A program made the position numbers and the translations under genes. From Balanoglossus misakiensis (taxonomy: Eukaryota > Animalia > Hemichordata), in contig CM082577.2 in NCBI GenBank assembly GCA_040954595.2, forward strand, positions 13,461,903 through 13,525,902: a stretch of 64,000 nucleotides of DNA, in the 5' to 3' direction. The notes beneath the pieces were generated by a model, which was not told the DNA's origin, ran no database searches, and saw only the letters and a list, made by a program, of their open reading frames with translations. Below are positions 63,104-64,000 of this stretch, piece by piece. The stretch's first letter is position 1; each line of letters starts with the position of its first letter.

Positions 63104-64000
63104 TAAATCGTACTTTCGTAATTAATGTTATATTAAGAAAAATGAAAATATAACATTCTTTAGTTACACACCATCGTTACGTCATTAGCCATCTTGCCTA
63201 CCGTACCACATATGTCAGAAAAGGATGGTCTGGTTTCAGCGCGTTGCAGCCAACACTTCAGCATTACTTCATAGCTAAAACAGTGACATTTTGTAAAGTT
63301 TTACCTATTGAGTCCAGGTAAATAAACATTAACGATACACATGTATGCTGGATAATCTTTTACCTGTTGATAATATGTTATTAATCATTCATTCATTCGT
63401 TCAGCGCGTTGCAGCACGATATCAGCATATTTAATTAATTATTAATTGGAAACAAAACGCATGGCGACATGTTAAATATTTAAACTTTTATGAGGACTGT
63501 TAAATGTATTTCAAATATTTCACCAATCGCAAACAGGAGGAAACTCCTGCCAAATAAAAAGTTTTCCCCATCACTTTGCACAGATGTGTGACATAAAATA
63601 TCCGATGATGATTTCATCTAAATTCTCAAAACGTCATGCTTACATCTCTTTGCTACAGTGGTGTGGCTTTTGGAGCCTGTCTCCAGCACGTAATTTGTTC
63701 ATAACCTGAGAAGCTGTCAAATCCGCATATGGCGAAGAACCTATGAGAAAGTCGATATAAACTAACTAAATAAATATGCCTTCATTTACATGATATCAGG
63801 ATAGATTGATCTCGCAGTGACTCTCGCGTAAAGGCTTAATTTACTGGCTTCAGATAAACTGAAAGTATTATTGAAAGTAAAGGCTATCCAAAAATGAGTA
63901 GGGTATTTATCGTTCATTTAACACCCGGTATTTCCTGAAGTTAGACCTTATTAATTGTCTTACCTAATGTTGCTATTTCCCACAGTAGAACTCCGTATGA

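Overview
AT-rich, intron-containing animal genomic DNA; the repeat content suggests a marine invertebrate, possibly a hemichordate or other deuterostome, but that is only a guess. It holds two + strand, multi-exon type I membrane receptor genes that share one atypical Ig-like exon. Gene A (about 1.9-6.3 kb) has 3 Ig-like domains, a TM helix and a short tail with no kinase. Gene B (40.1-50.9 kb) is an FGFR/RET/Tie-like receptor tyrosine kinase, and its copy of the shared exon is split by a 2.05-kb Helentron-type non-autonomous element (HINE). Between them lie decayed transposons (Tigger/pogo, Sola2-like, piggyBac, DIRS-like, AcademH- and Kolobok-type MITEs, a solo LTR), nested long inverted repeats, a 160-bp satellite, a 0.94-kb tandem duplication and two back-to-back 3' fragments of TauD/TfdA-like dioxygenase genes. 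The window ends in an 8.5-kb nested and tandem stack of HINEs, with six 3' ends and four stacked 5' hairpins. The junctions indicate repeated insertion into the family's own 5' end. All calls were made by eye, with no database searches.
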